64,000 bases of DNA from the NCBI GenBank assembly GCA_963735595.1, contig CAVTLK010000005.1, positions 800,001-864,000 of the forward strand, given 5' to 3'. The notes under the pieces were generated by a model. That model was not told the DNA's origin, ran no database searches, and worked only from the letters and a program-made list of their open reading frames with translations. The stretch is from an uncultured delta proteobacterium (GTDB lineage Bacteria; Desulfobacterota; Zymogenia; Zymogenales; Zymogenaceae). Of the stretch, positions 10,845 to 20,447 are shown piece after piece; positions within the stretch are counted from its first letter, which is position 1; every line of letters starts with the position of its first letter. Made by a program: the position numbers and the translations under genes.

Positions 10845-12266
10845 CTAAATCGTGATTCCGTGGTTCTTCATGTAGTTGAGGTACCGGTTGATCTTGTAGG
10901 CCGCGCGGGCCGGGCGCTCGGCGTTGGGAAACGCCGCGATGTTTGCCGCGGCAAGCCGCCTGGTGAAGCTTGCCCGGATAGACTCCAGCTCCGGGCTGTT
11001 GTGCAGCAGGCGCGGGATGACCATGACGGCGGGCTTGGTGAGGCCCTTGAGCCCCTCGGACATGGTCTGCTCGATGTAGTCCCAGAAGTCCTTTGACATG
11101 GCCTGCACCATCTCCGGGTACTGGCAGAGGACCAGGAAGTCGATCTTCGGGTCCTTCTCGCCCTCCACGGCGGCGCCCACGAAGACCTTGGGGTCAAAGC
11201 CGAACATCCCCAGGTCCACCGGGTTGGCGGTGGAGGTGTTGACCCGGGAGATGGTGGAGCCGATCTTTTCCTGGACGTCGCCGGCCAGCGTCGGCACGGA
11301 AATGCCGTTGTTCGAGACGGCGTCGGTCAGCTCCACGGAGCTGCCGCCGCCGGCGACCGAGATCAGCGCGCGGAGGCCGCGGGGCTTAAACCCGTACTTG
11401 AGGCAGAGCAGCACGTCCAGCATCTCGATCTGGGTCTCGGCGTTGATGACGCCGAGCTGGTCCATGACCGAATCCCATATCCTGGTGGGCACGGCGATGG
11501 CCCCGGTGTGGCTCATGGTGGCCCGCGCCCCTTCCTCGGAGCGGCCCCCCTTCCAGATGACGAGCGGCTTTTTCTTTTCCAAAACGATGTGGCGGGCGAG
11601 CTTCTTGAAGCGCTCTCCCTGCTTGATGTCCTCCACGTAGCCGCAGATGTATTTGACCTTATCGTCCTCGGCGAAATACTCCATGAAGTCTTCGATTTTG
11701 AGGTCGGTCTGGTTGCCGACGGAGACGACCTTGTTGAACTCGAGGCCGGAGCTGACCCCGCGCACCAGGAAGTTGAGGGCGTGCCCCCCCGACTGGGAGA
11801 AATAGGCGATGTCGCCCTGCTTGTCGGTGGCGAGGCTCGGGTAGAAGAGCACCCCCGCCTCGGGCGCGTGGATGCCGATGCAGTTGGGGCCGATCATCCG
11901 GGTTGTGCCTTTCGCGAGCGCGTCGGTCAGGCGCTTCTCGAGCTCCTTTTCGCCCACCTCCGAAAAGCCGGACGTAAACACCAGCACGTACTTGGCCTTG
12001 GCCGCCACGCACTCCTCCAGCGCCTGGGGGACCTTATCCCGCGGCAGTACGATGAGGGCGTAGTCGACCGGCTCGGGCACGTCGGTTATTTTGGGGAAGC
12101 AGGGCACACCCTTGATGTCGGTATACTTGGGGTTGACGGCGTATAGTTTCCCCTTGAAGTGTTCGTGATAGCAGGCAAAAAAGCCCCCGCGGTCGCGCAC
12201 GATGTCCGGCGAGGCCCCGATGACGGCGATTGAGCGGGGGTTGAAGAGGCAGTCGAGGTTGATCAT
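10845..12266 (-). CDS. CoA-binding protein, NDP-forming acyl-CoA synthetase alpha-type (no ATP-grasp domain)
   Basis: FNPRSIAVIGAS, GPNCIG, SQSGG, SHTGA phospho-His motif, NPVDL. Confidence 0.85.
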   Translation of the reverse strand: MINLDCLFNPRSIAVIGASPDIVRDRGGFFACYHEHFKGKLYAVNPKYTDIKGVPCFPKITDVPEPVDYALIVLPRDKVPQALEECVAAKAKYVLVFTSGFSEVGEKELEKRLTDALAKGTTRMIGPNCIGIHAPEAGVLFYPSLATDKQGDIAYFSQSGGHALNFLVRGVSSGLEFNKVVSVGNQTDLKIEDFMEYFAEDDKVKYICGYVEDIKQGERFKKLARHIVLEKKKPLVIWKGGRSEEGARATMSHTGAIAVPTRIWDSVMDQLGVINAETQIEMLDVLLCLKYGFKPRGLRALISVAGGGSSVELTDAVSNNGISVPTLAGDVQEKIGSTISRVNTSTANPVDLGMFGFDPKVFVGAAVEGEKDPKIDFLVLCQYPEMVQAMSKDFWDYIEQTMSEGLKGLTKPAVMVIPRLLHNSPELESIRASFTRRLAAANIAAFPNAERPARAAYKINRYLNYMKNHGITI

Positions 12267-12452
12267 GGTGCGGTTTCACTCCCTATCGTTGCTGAGGTTG
12301 ATGCGTCATCCGGCGCATAGACCGACAGGATAACAGAAAAAACGGCGCGGTGTCAAAGAAATTTTAATATCAAGGGTTAAAGACGGGCGGTAGGGGTCGC
12401 GGCGGTGTCTTCTCTTGTCGCCCGCGTTTCGTGAATTACGGAACGAGAGGGT

Positions 12453-12636
12453 ATTCACCACAAAGACACGAAGGTACGAAGAGGAATGAGAGGGAAGCTC
12501 ATTTCTCCTTTGTAACTTTGCGGTAGGCCCATGCCGGGGCGTATCGAAACTCAATTCACCACAAAGACACGAAGGCACGAAGCGGAATGAGAGGAAGGAA
12601 TTTTTATCTCTTTTGTGTCTTTGTGCCTTTGTGGTG
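12453..12636. repeat. Two tandem copies (period 101 bp) of an octamer-built imperfect palindrome CACCACAAAG-ACACGAAG-GYACGAAG ... CTTTGTGC-CTTTGTGGTG
   Basis: Copies start at 12453 and 12554; the arms of the second copy pair with G-T wobbles; the first copy has a degraded right arm. Confidence 0.8.
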
Positions 12637-12815
12637 CCCCCGGCGCCTTCTTAGCCGGAGAATCGCGCTTGACTCCGGCCCATGTTGCCGGGTACTATAT
12701 ACCGATACATAATAATATATGGGGCCGCTGAAGGCGCGCCGGGCGGCACGGCGATGGGTACGACGACAATAGATAATAGACGATAGACAATAAGCGGCGG
12801 CAGGGAGGATACGGC

Positions 12816-14093
12816 ATGGCGGCGAGATCTAATCAGGCGATGGGAGCGACGGGGGCGAGGGGTGTGATGGGTGTGATACGGGTGACGGACGCCGACGTGC
12901 GGCGGGTGCTTGATCTCATCGGCGGGATCATCAAGAAATTCGGGCCGCGGATCGCGGGGAGCGATTCGTGCCGCGGGGCCGCGGCCGACATCGGGGCGCG
13001 GCTCGGGCCGTTGTGCGACGGCGTGGGGCGGCAGGAGTTCACGGTGCGCACCGGCGGTATGCGCCACCTGGGGCACGTCGTCGGCGGGTGCTACATCCTT
13101 GCCGTGGCGATGCTGTTTACCGGGGGGGCGTGGGTCTGGCTGGGGGCGGCCGCCCTCACGGTCTCTCTGGTCTACTGGATCGTGGTATCCGTATTCATGC
13201 TGGAGGCGCTGGATTTCCTGTTCCCGGGCGGGGTCGGCGTCAACGTATGGGGGACCATCGAGCCGGAGGGCGAGGTAAAACGGCAGGTATACGTCGTGGG
13301 CCACCACGACAGCGCCTACGTCCTGACGTTCCTGGGCCGGTTCCAGAAGTGGTACGCCGTCAGGATCATCGGGACGATCATCTTTTCCACGACGGTGTGG
13401 CTCTCGTCCTGGGCCTGGGCCGTGTCGCGGGGCGCTCACGGCGCTGACCCCGGCTGGGCCGGGTTTGCGCTTGCGGCGGGCGTTGCGGGGCTGGTCTTTG
13501 TGGCGCCGTTCCTCTGGTTCGTGGGATCAAAGGCGTCGCCCGGTGCGGGGGATAACCTCGTGGCCTCGGCCGTCGCCGTCGAGACGGCGCGGCTGGTGCG
13601 GGGCACAACCGGCGCCGGGAGGCTGAAGCACACGCGGCTGGTGCTGCTGTCGCTGGACGGGGAGGAGCCGGGGATGCGGGGGGCGGGGGCGTTTTTGCGG
13701 GAACACGCCGCCGGGATGAAGGCGGTCCCGACCTCCGTGCTCAACTTCGACGCGATCTACGACGTGGGCGATCTCAGTCTCCTGACGCGCGACCGCAACG
13801 GGTTCACGGCGCTCTCGGCCCCGATGACGGCAGAGTGCGTGGAGATAGCCAAAAGGCTCGGCTACGATATCGCCTCGGGGCCGGTGACGTTCGGCGGAGG
13901 GGGGACGGACGCGGTGCGGTTTGCCGACCACGGGATAGAGGTGGCCTCGATCATCGGGATATCCACGAAGCTCATCCGGGAGGGTCTCGTCTACCATACC
14001 GTCAACGATACGGTGGATAAGCTCGACCCGAAGGCGGTCAAGGCGTGCCTCGAGATCGCGGTGAATTATATCAGGGAGAAGGATGAGGGGTGA
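12816..14093 (+). CDS. Membrane-embedded M28 family peptidase
   Basis: GHHDSA, PGAGDN, DGEEPG, GGTDA and YHT motifs; hydrophobic insertions; start may be at 12867. Confidence 0.8.
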   Translation: MAARSNQAMGATGARGVMGVIRVTDADVRRVLDLIGGIIKKFGPRIAGSDSCRGAAADIGARLGPLCDGVGRQEFTVRTGGMRHLGHVVGGCYILAVAMLFTGGAWVWLGAAALTVSLVYWIVVSVFMLEALDFLFPGGVGVNVWGTIEPEGEVKRQVYVVGHHDSAYVLTFLGRFQKWYAVRIIGTIIFSTTVWLSSWAWAVSRGAHGADPGWAGFALAAGVAGLVFVAPFLWFVGSKASPGAGDNLVASAVAVETARLVRGTTGAGRLKHTRLVLLSLDGEEPGMRGAGAFLREHAAGMKAVPTSVLNFDAIYDVGDLSLLTRDRNGFTALSAPMTAECVEIAKRLGYDIASGPVTFGGGGTDAVRFADHGIEVASIIGISTKLIREGLVYHTVNDTVDKLDPKAVKACLEIAVNYIREKDEG

Positions 14094-14320
14094 GGGGATA
14101 GGGACGAACGGAGGCCACATTCTTTAACGGCTTCTTCCAGGGTGTTGCGCTCATAACAGGACAGCAGAAAAAGCCTCAACGCCTCTTCGAGGTTCTTTCT
14201 GGCTTCTTCTTCGGTCGGTCCCTGGGAAAATACGTCCAGCGCCGGGCAGGACGATACCCAGTAGGCGGCTTTCTTTTTTACCGTGGCCGGAAGCTTAACC
14301 TCGAATACGACCCTGTTCAT
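14066..14320 (-). CDS. hicB: HicB-family antitoxin, probably 3'-truncated, no hicA nearby
   Basis: SSCPALDVFSQGPTEEEARKNLEEAL HicB motif; GGAGG RBS; tail runs antisense into the M28 gene. Confidence 0.75.
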   Translation of the reverse strand: MNRVVFEVKLPATVKKKAAYWVSSCPALDVFSQGPTEEEARKNLEEALRLFLLSCYERNTLEEAVKECGLRSSLSPHPSSFSLI

Positions 14321-14453
14321 TGTAACCTCCTGTGCGTCGTGATACCCGTTCGCCGCGTATCGGCCGGCCCCGAAAGAACCGTCCTTTTACGTAGTATACC
14401 ATATCGTCGGGCGATGTCTCCACTAAAAAACGGAGGCCGAGGGGGGAGGGGCG

Positions 14454-14726
14454 GGGTGTGCGGGATGAGATGAATTAAAGAAGGGGGCCGGATTTCTCCG
14501 GCCCCAGAGTATTGACAAACCTACTGTAAGTACAAACGCCACTATTGTCATTGCGAGGAGCGAAGCGACGTGGCAATCCCGGACGCGATAACTACCAGAA
14601 AACACGGTAGTATGTATATCATTATCCGAGATCGCCACGCCCCCTGAAGGGGGCTCGCGATGACAACTCCTTGTGGGTGTGCGGGATGAGAGGAACTAAA
14701 GAAGGGGGCCGGAGAAATCCGGCCCC
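14454..14726. repeat. 52-bp direct repeats (14454-14505 and 14675-14726), each containing a terminator hairpin
   Basis: 46/52 identical; hairpin GGGGCCGGA-loop-TCCGGCCCC with loop TTTC in one copy and GAAA in the other. Confidence 0.9.
14545..14666. repeat. GTCATTGCGAG...CTCGCRATGAC palindromic element (CGTC-tagged / RPE-like class)
   Basis: Terminal IR TTGTCATTGCGAG/CTCGCGATGACAA; internal GAGCGAAGCGACGTGGCAATC / GATCGCCACG; related copy at 60294. Confidence 0.8.
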
Positions 14727-14784
14727 TTTTTAGCGTGAAGCGGCAATAGTGCCCCCGATCGCTCCTGACGGCGATCGCGGTCCG

Positions 14785-15117
14785 TTAGGGACCCGGTGGA
14801 GGTGGAGGTGGCGGCGGAGGAGGTGGCGGCGGAGGCGGACCGGGAGGCGGTGGACCGGGTGGTGGAGGCGGTCCGGGAGGAGGCGGCCCCGGTGGCGGAG
14901 GTCCGGGAGGAGGCGGCCCTGGTGGAGGCGGTCCGGGAGGAGGCGGACCGGGCGGCGGAGGTCCCGGAGGCGGCGGCGGGCCGACGACGGGGCCGGGCGC
15001 GGGCGGAGGGGGCGGTGGATACGCGCAGCCCGGCACAATGGTTATCAACGCAGCAACGAGAAAAGCGAAAACAGCAACAGTGGCAACGGTGGCGGTGGCG
15101 GAGAAGAACTTTTTCAT
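14785..15117 (-). CDS. Putative polyproline lipoprotein with GPPPP repeats
   Basis: AAGGAG RBS; MKK plus hydrophobic signal ending VPG-C; mature part 62/80 Pro using mixed Pro codons; downstream terminator at 14701-14731. Confidence 0.75.
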   Translation of the reverse strand: MKKFFSATATVATVAVFAFLVAALITIVPGCAYPPPPPPAPGPVVGPPPPPGPPPPGPPPPGPPPPGPPPPGPPPPGPPPPGPPPPPGPPPPGPPPPPPPPPPPPPPPGP

Positions 15118-15188
15118 CGTTACATACTCCTTTTTTTACGCCTTGCTTATTTTTCGTTATTCCGTAAGGTAAGGATAGTATATTCCTC

Positions 15189-17880
15189 TTATATATTACC
15201 CGCAATCGAAACAACATCTTTCCAATTCTTTGGGTTATATTTATCCCAATCTTCTTGCTTCACATATAGCATCTTATACGTAATTCTCTTTTGTCGGCTG
15301 TTTGCATCATCACACCATTGGGCAAGCCTTTTTATCTTTAACGGGTCGTCTAAATCTTCACGCCCCTTTGTTTCAACGATATAGACTGTCTTATCATTCG
15401 TCTTGACAAAAAAGTCTGGGTAATAGTTGGCAATCGTTCCGTCGGCGTTTTTATAATCTATCTTGAAATGCACCTCGTAATAATTCTTTGCGAATGAAAC
15501 AACCTCATCATCTCCTAATTTTTCCAGAAAACCGGCAAACTCAAGTTCAAACTGGCTGTCCCCGACAATCCTGTTAAAAACGCTCTTTTTCGGCACCAGA
15601 TAAGCCCTGTCGTTGACGACAAACGGACGGCTATCGCTCACTTTGATGTAGTTCTTTATCTCAGCATCACCGATATCTTTAACCGTCAACTCATTTATCG
15701 CTTTTTTAAAGGTCTCAATTATTGTCTTTGTAGCCTCAATCTCCGAGAGGTTTCTTAAAATGTTCTTATCTTCAAGGTCAACTTCTGTTTCGAATAAGAT
15801 ACCTTTGAACAAACTCTTTTACCTTTCCAAACAAGACATCATAACATCCAAAAAGACGAAGTTCTCTCATAATGCTTTGGGCAAAAAAGCCAATAACGCT
15901 TTGGTAATTGGGCTCAATATTGCTTTCGAGAATCGTTGTATGATGAATTTTTTCTTCGATAACGTGCTTGAAAACGATCTCCCGTTGTTCCTGTTCAGAA
16001 AATTGCTTCACCCTTAGCTTCGCGTTATTAAACCCGGCTGGATTTAAGTCAGATAGGTTCTTGTATTCTCTTTGAATCCTCGGCGTTAAAATCGGAAGCT
16101 CAATATCTAACCGCTGTATATCCTTCTTTGGATTATCATGGTCAATTTCAATAACTGTCGGCGTAATTGCTTTCGTTGTGGAGTCCATCTTTCGCTTTTC
16201 TAATTCAACGCCTTCGGCTTTGATTGACTCGACAAAATCCATAAACGCCGGGGTACCGATAACGCTGACATATTCTTCGACATCTTCCCGTCCAAAAAAC
16301 ATTCGCCGCAAACCACGACCCAAGCGTCTGCTCGGGAAGTATATTTGAAGCTGACGAATAAGCACGAAGCCCAACAATAGTCGTTACATTCTTAACGTCC
16401 CACCCTTCTTTTAACATCAAGACTGAAACAATAACTTCATAGGGGCTTTCCCGTCCGTCAATAGCATTTGCCTGCTTACGAAGCCGATCTAGTTCTTCTT
16501 TGGCTTTACCAGTGACCTTTTCAGATATGTCACCGCTTTTATTGGTATGAATCGTTAGAACTTTGCCGTTTAAGTCAGCGTAGTTCTTTTCCAAATACGC
16601 GTGTACCTCATCGCAATTCTTTGTATCATCCGTCATGATAAATAAAATCGCTTTCTTGCCGGTAGGTTCGAGTTCTTTATATGTCTTTCGCCATTCTTCG
16701 ATGCCCAAGATTTATATAATCCTCATATTTCTCGGTAAATATGACACTCTGTCGTTCCTGCAATTTCCCACGGCTTGCCTCATCTGGCAACACCGGCGTT
16801 TTGACAACACCCTGATGTATGGCCTCGACAAGAGGATAGTCCGAAATAGTCTGAACAAAAATCCCTCCGTTATTATGTTTCGGCGTTGCCGTACAGTCTA
16901 TTTGGAGGGAAATCTGCTTCCCCTTCTGCTTTAGTCTATTATTAATGTCCTGAATGGACTTAAACCAAGCCATTTTGGGATCATGTATATGATGCGCCTC
17001 ATCGTTGAAAACAACAATTTCATCAATATCTCTAACGACATTGCTTAATTCAACTAATGATTCGTTAGTTCTGGAAACTGGCTTCTGTCCTAAGAAATAA
17101 TCTGTTAAATCGTCATCGCTGTAAGACGCTCCTTTTACATCGCCTTCATAGACTCTATGAATGTTTGTAAGGAAGATATTGCCAGTTGGGGAAATTCGCC
17201 GTCAGATCGTCCTGTAGATGTAAAGTTATTTGAAAATCATCTTGCCAGCTATTTCCTTCATATCCGTTGTCCGGGAGAACAGGGTCTTGATAAAAAATCT
17301 TTAGGCCATCGAAATCAGTCTTGATACGTTCAAGGACTATAATATTCGGCGTTATTAAAAGGAAATTGCGGGAAAGTCCTGACTCCGGCTCGTAAAGTTT
17401 ATGGAAATACGACCACGCAAGAAGCAAGCTCATTACCTTTGTCTTACCGCTCCCGGTCGCCATCTTAATAACGAGCCTGAGCCAGTCCTCATCAAACATA
17501 TTAGGACTTACACGTCCGAGAGAATCAAAAGGCAGAAGATCATACTTATTCCTTACGCCCGCAACATCATATAGCCAGATAACCGTTTCAACCGCCTCGC
17601 GCTGAGCGAAATAATACTTAAACAAAAAGGTATTGCCATCCGCCCCATAGGCTATATGCTCCTGCTTAAACCACCAGTTTAGGAGAGCTTTTGAGGTAGC
17701 GCTTGCCCCATCGTAGTTTCTATTACGCCACTCTTTAATGCTTTTTCTCAACTCCGGTACAAACGGCGGGAGCAGTTTTTCATAACCCTGCTCACGCAAT
17801 GCCTCATCAGCCGGAAACCAGCGTATCTCCGGTTCTAAAATCGCAAATTTATCTTTAGGAAATTTCTTATGTAATGCCAT
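15189..17880 (-). CDS. res: Type III restriction endonuclease Res subunit (frameshifted)
   Basis: KMATGSGKT Walker A, VFNDEAHH (~16990-17012), MLKEGWDV, EQTLG(R), YYPDF...IVETKG PD-(D/E)xK nuclease. Confidence 0.9.
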
Positions 17881-20138
17881 TATGTAATATTAACCTCGAT
17901 AACTCTTGTTGTATCATTACCGAAAATGTCAACTACTTTAACAGCGATCCTACGCCGTCCTTTTGAAACTTCCTTTTCAGCGGATATAAGCTCGAGTTTT
18001 CTATCTCTCTTCGTTCTAAAGGACTGCCATTCATTTTCAAAAATATAATCCCCAGTCCATTCTTCTTTTTCTTCTTGAGTATCAGGATCAATTAACCGGA
18101 TAATTTCCTTTCTGTTTTCCATGTTAAAATCAACTGACCAATAGTCCACCCAGTCTACCCATTTCTTCGTCAAGACTTCCTTAGTTACAACTGCCGTTGT
18201 TTTATCTTTTGAGACTTTGATGACTTGTCCATTCTCAATAACGATTTTGCTTGCTCCTTCCCTGAGAGACCCTTCTATCTCTTCAACGCAGTCCTGATTA
18301 TAGAAGACACTGAAATCGCATAATTCAACTGCTATTGTCTTATTACTCCCGCTCCCTTTTGTAATCGGCTTTACTTCAATATAAGCAACGTCATAGAATT
18401 TTACATAACCTTTTTCAACAGCTCTTCTATCAAATACTTCCCGGGGGATAACCTTAAACTGAACATCAACACCCTGACTGCTAAGCTCGGCAAAATCAAG
18501 CCCCATCTCATAGTCAAAACCGAGAATATCGATTTTCGTAATCCCTTTTTCCCGGGCCTCTCTTATCGCCTCGTCGACCAAAGCAGATGAGACCGGCGTT
18601 GAGATAGGACCGACAGCGACAAGACGATCACGTTTTTTGCCGACGAATGAGTTATAGGAATCGACGGTTTGAGCGTTATATGCGGAAAGTATTATCTCGA
18701 CATATTGCTTTTCCTTCCTTTCTAGAATCTGCTGTTTCTCCTTTTCTCGAAGGTCAACATCAACGCTGATATACTGTTCACGCTCATACTTCCCAAGGTT
18801 GAGAATCTCAAACGCCCTGAAATCCTTGCCCGTCAGTTTCATCTCTCGTTGAACCTGGATAAGACGCTTGCGGGAAGTATGAATAGCAAACCTGCCGAGG
18901 TCTGCACCGATCCATTTACGTCCTAACTTTTCGGCAACGGCTAAAGCTGTTCCCGGAACCGCAGAAGAAATCAGCGACTAGATCGCCTTCGTTTGAGGAG
19001 GCTTTGATGATGCGTTCGAGCAGGGCTTCGGGTTTTTGGGTCGGGTAGTCAACTCGCTCTTTGGACTTGGAGTTTACTGGGTTTATGTCCGTCCATATGT
19101 CCCCAACCCGTGTTCCACCCACCTTCCTCAAGTATCGTTTTACGCTTGGCACCCCTCTCTTAGAAGATAGATAAGTCCGTTTTTCATTCCTTCGTCGATT
19201 TTTTCCTGCGACCAAATCCAGTGTTTTCCAGAGGGCGGGTCGATACTTTGCCAGTCCGAAATCTCCGTGAGGGACCTTGACCATCTTGAGTGAAGTCCGC
19301 CAAATTGTATTTCGGCCTGTTCTGGCTCATCATGCCGATAATGTGTTTCGTAGCTTTTCATCTTTGTGGCACACATTGCGGATTAAAAATGGGCGTTCTC
19401 GTTTTTGAGTAGAACAGAATATGCTAGTCCTTGATGTTGGAGAAATGGGCGCTTTGAGCTTTTACGGATGAACTTTTTTCCACGCGATTTCAGCAATGAA
19501 ATTCTAAAAATCTTCTGTCCAGTCGCAAGCCGAATGTAAGCTGCATTCACCCGCCAATCACAATGCACATAAATACTACCATCATCTGCTAGGAGACCGT
19601 GCATTAGTCTTAGCCGCTCATAAATCATGGTAATAAAACTGTCTGCACCCTTGCCCATGTGTCTCGATATGCAACTTCTTCAATAACTGATGGTTTCTTT
19701 GTAAAGGATTCGTCACCAATCTCTACATTCATGGAAAAATCCGCGCCAACGTCAAACGGCGGATCAATGTAAATGAGTTTAATCCCGCCTTGCTTATCAA
19801 TTTCCCGACGCATATGGGCCGTTCTTTAGCGATGAAAGGATCAGCTTGTTATCACCCCAGATGAGCTTATTCGTCCATCCTTTTATTTGGCCTCCCGAGA
19901 TGCATCAAATAAGTCCATCTGATCTTTGCCCTTCTCAATCCGCTGGCTTCGGCTCATCAATATGCTCAATGGTCTGAAAGGGCAAAACAAGATTACAGAC
20001 CTCTTGCGTTTTGCCGTTCCATACGAGCTCGACTTCGCGTTCATCATCGAATAAAAGAAAACGATATTTTTCAGGTAAGGGTTTGCCTTCCTGAAGATAA
20101 TTTATTGCGTTACGTCGTTCGTTGTCCGATAACCTCAT
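17880..20138 (-). CDS. mod: Type III R-M DNA methyltransferase Mod subunit (beta-class N6-MTase, frameshifted)
   Basis: NKLIWGDN, LIYIDPPF, YPTQKPEALLERII, DFFCGSG, C-terminal AVKVVDIFGND; TAATG overlap with res. Confidence 0.9.
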
Positions 20139-20447
20139 TTTCTACCTTTTTATATTTTGAATTAAATAGTGTTAACAGATTGTATCGACCACAATAATAA
20201 TCAATCTGAACGGTTTTGTAAATAAATTTTAAGTGAGTTTTCACCTAAATCATTTTATGTTCTCCCTCCCCCTTATCCCCATCCCCTCATCCCCATCCCC
20301 CAAACCAAAAATATATTGTATATTTCTCCCTTCCTGCCCTTCTTTCGCCCATCCGTATAACGGCCGGTCAGTTCCCCCGTCACAATGTCTTGATATAGAA
20401 ATTAGATATGTTATAATTATTTAAAAGTAAACTATCAGAGATTACAG

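Noticed and set aside
12453..12636. Mini-CRISPR array
   Set aside because: Only two units, built from internal octamers with long palindromic arms; no unique spacers of regular length and no cas genes
14749..15384. Plus-strand Arg/Trp-rich, Glu/Ala-rich or poly-Gly ORFs over the polyproline gene
   Set aside because: The poly-Gly frame begins right after a TAG with no start codon; the others lack an RBS or signal and are shadows of the minus-strand gene, which has RBS, signal peptide and terminator
17880..20138. Phase-variable mod (phasevarion) via simple sequence repeats
   Set aside because: No tandem SSR tract is visible in the 5' part of mod or its promoter
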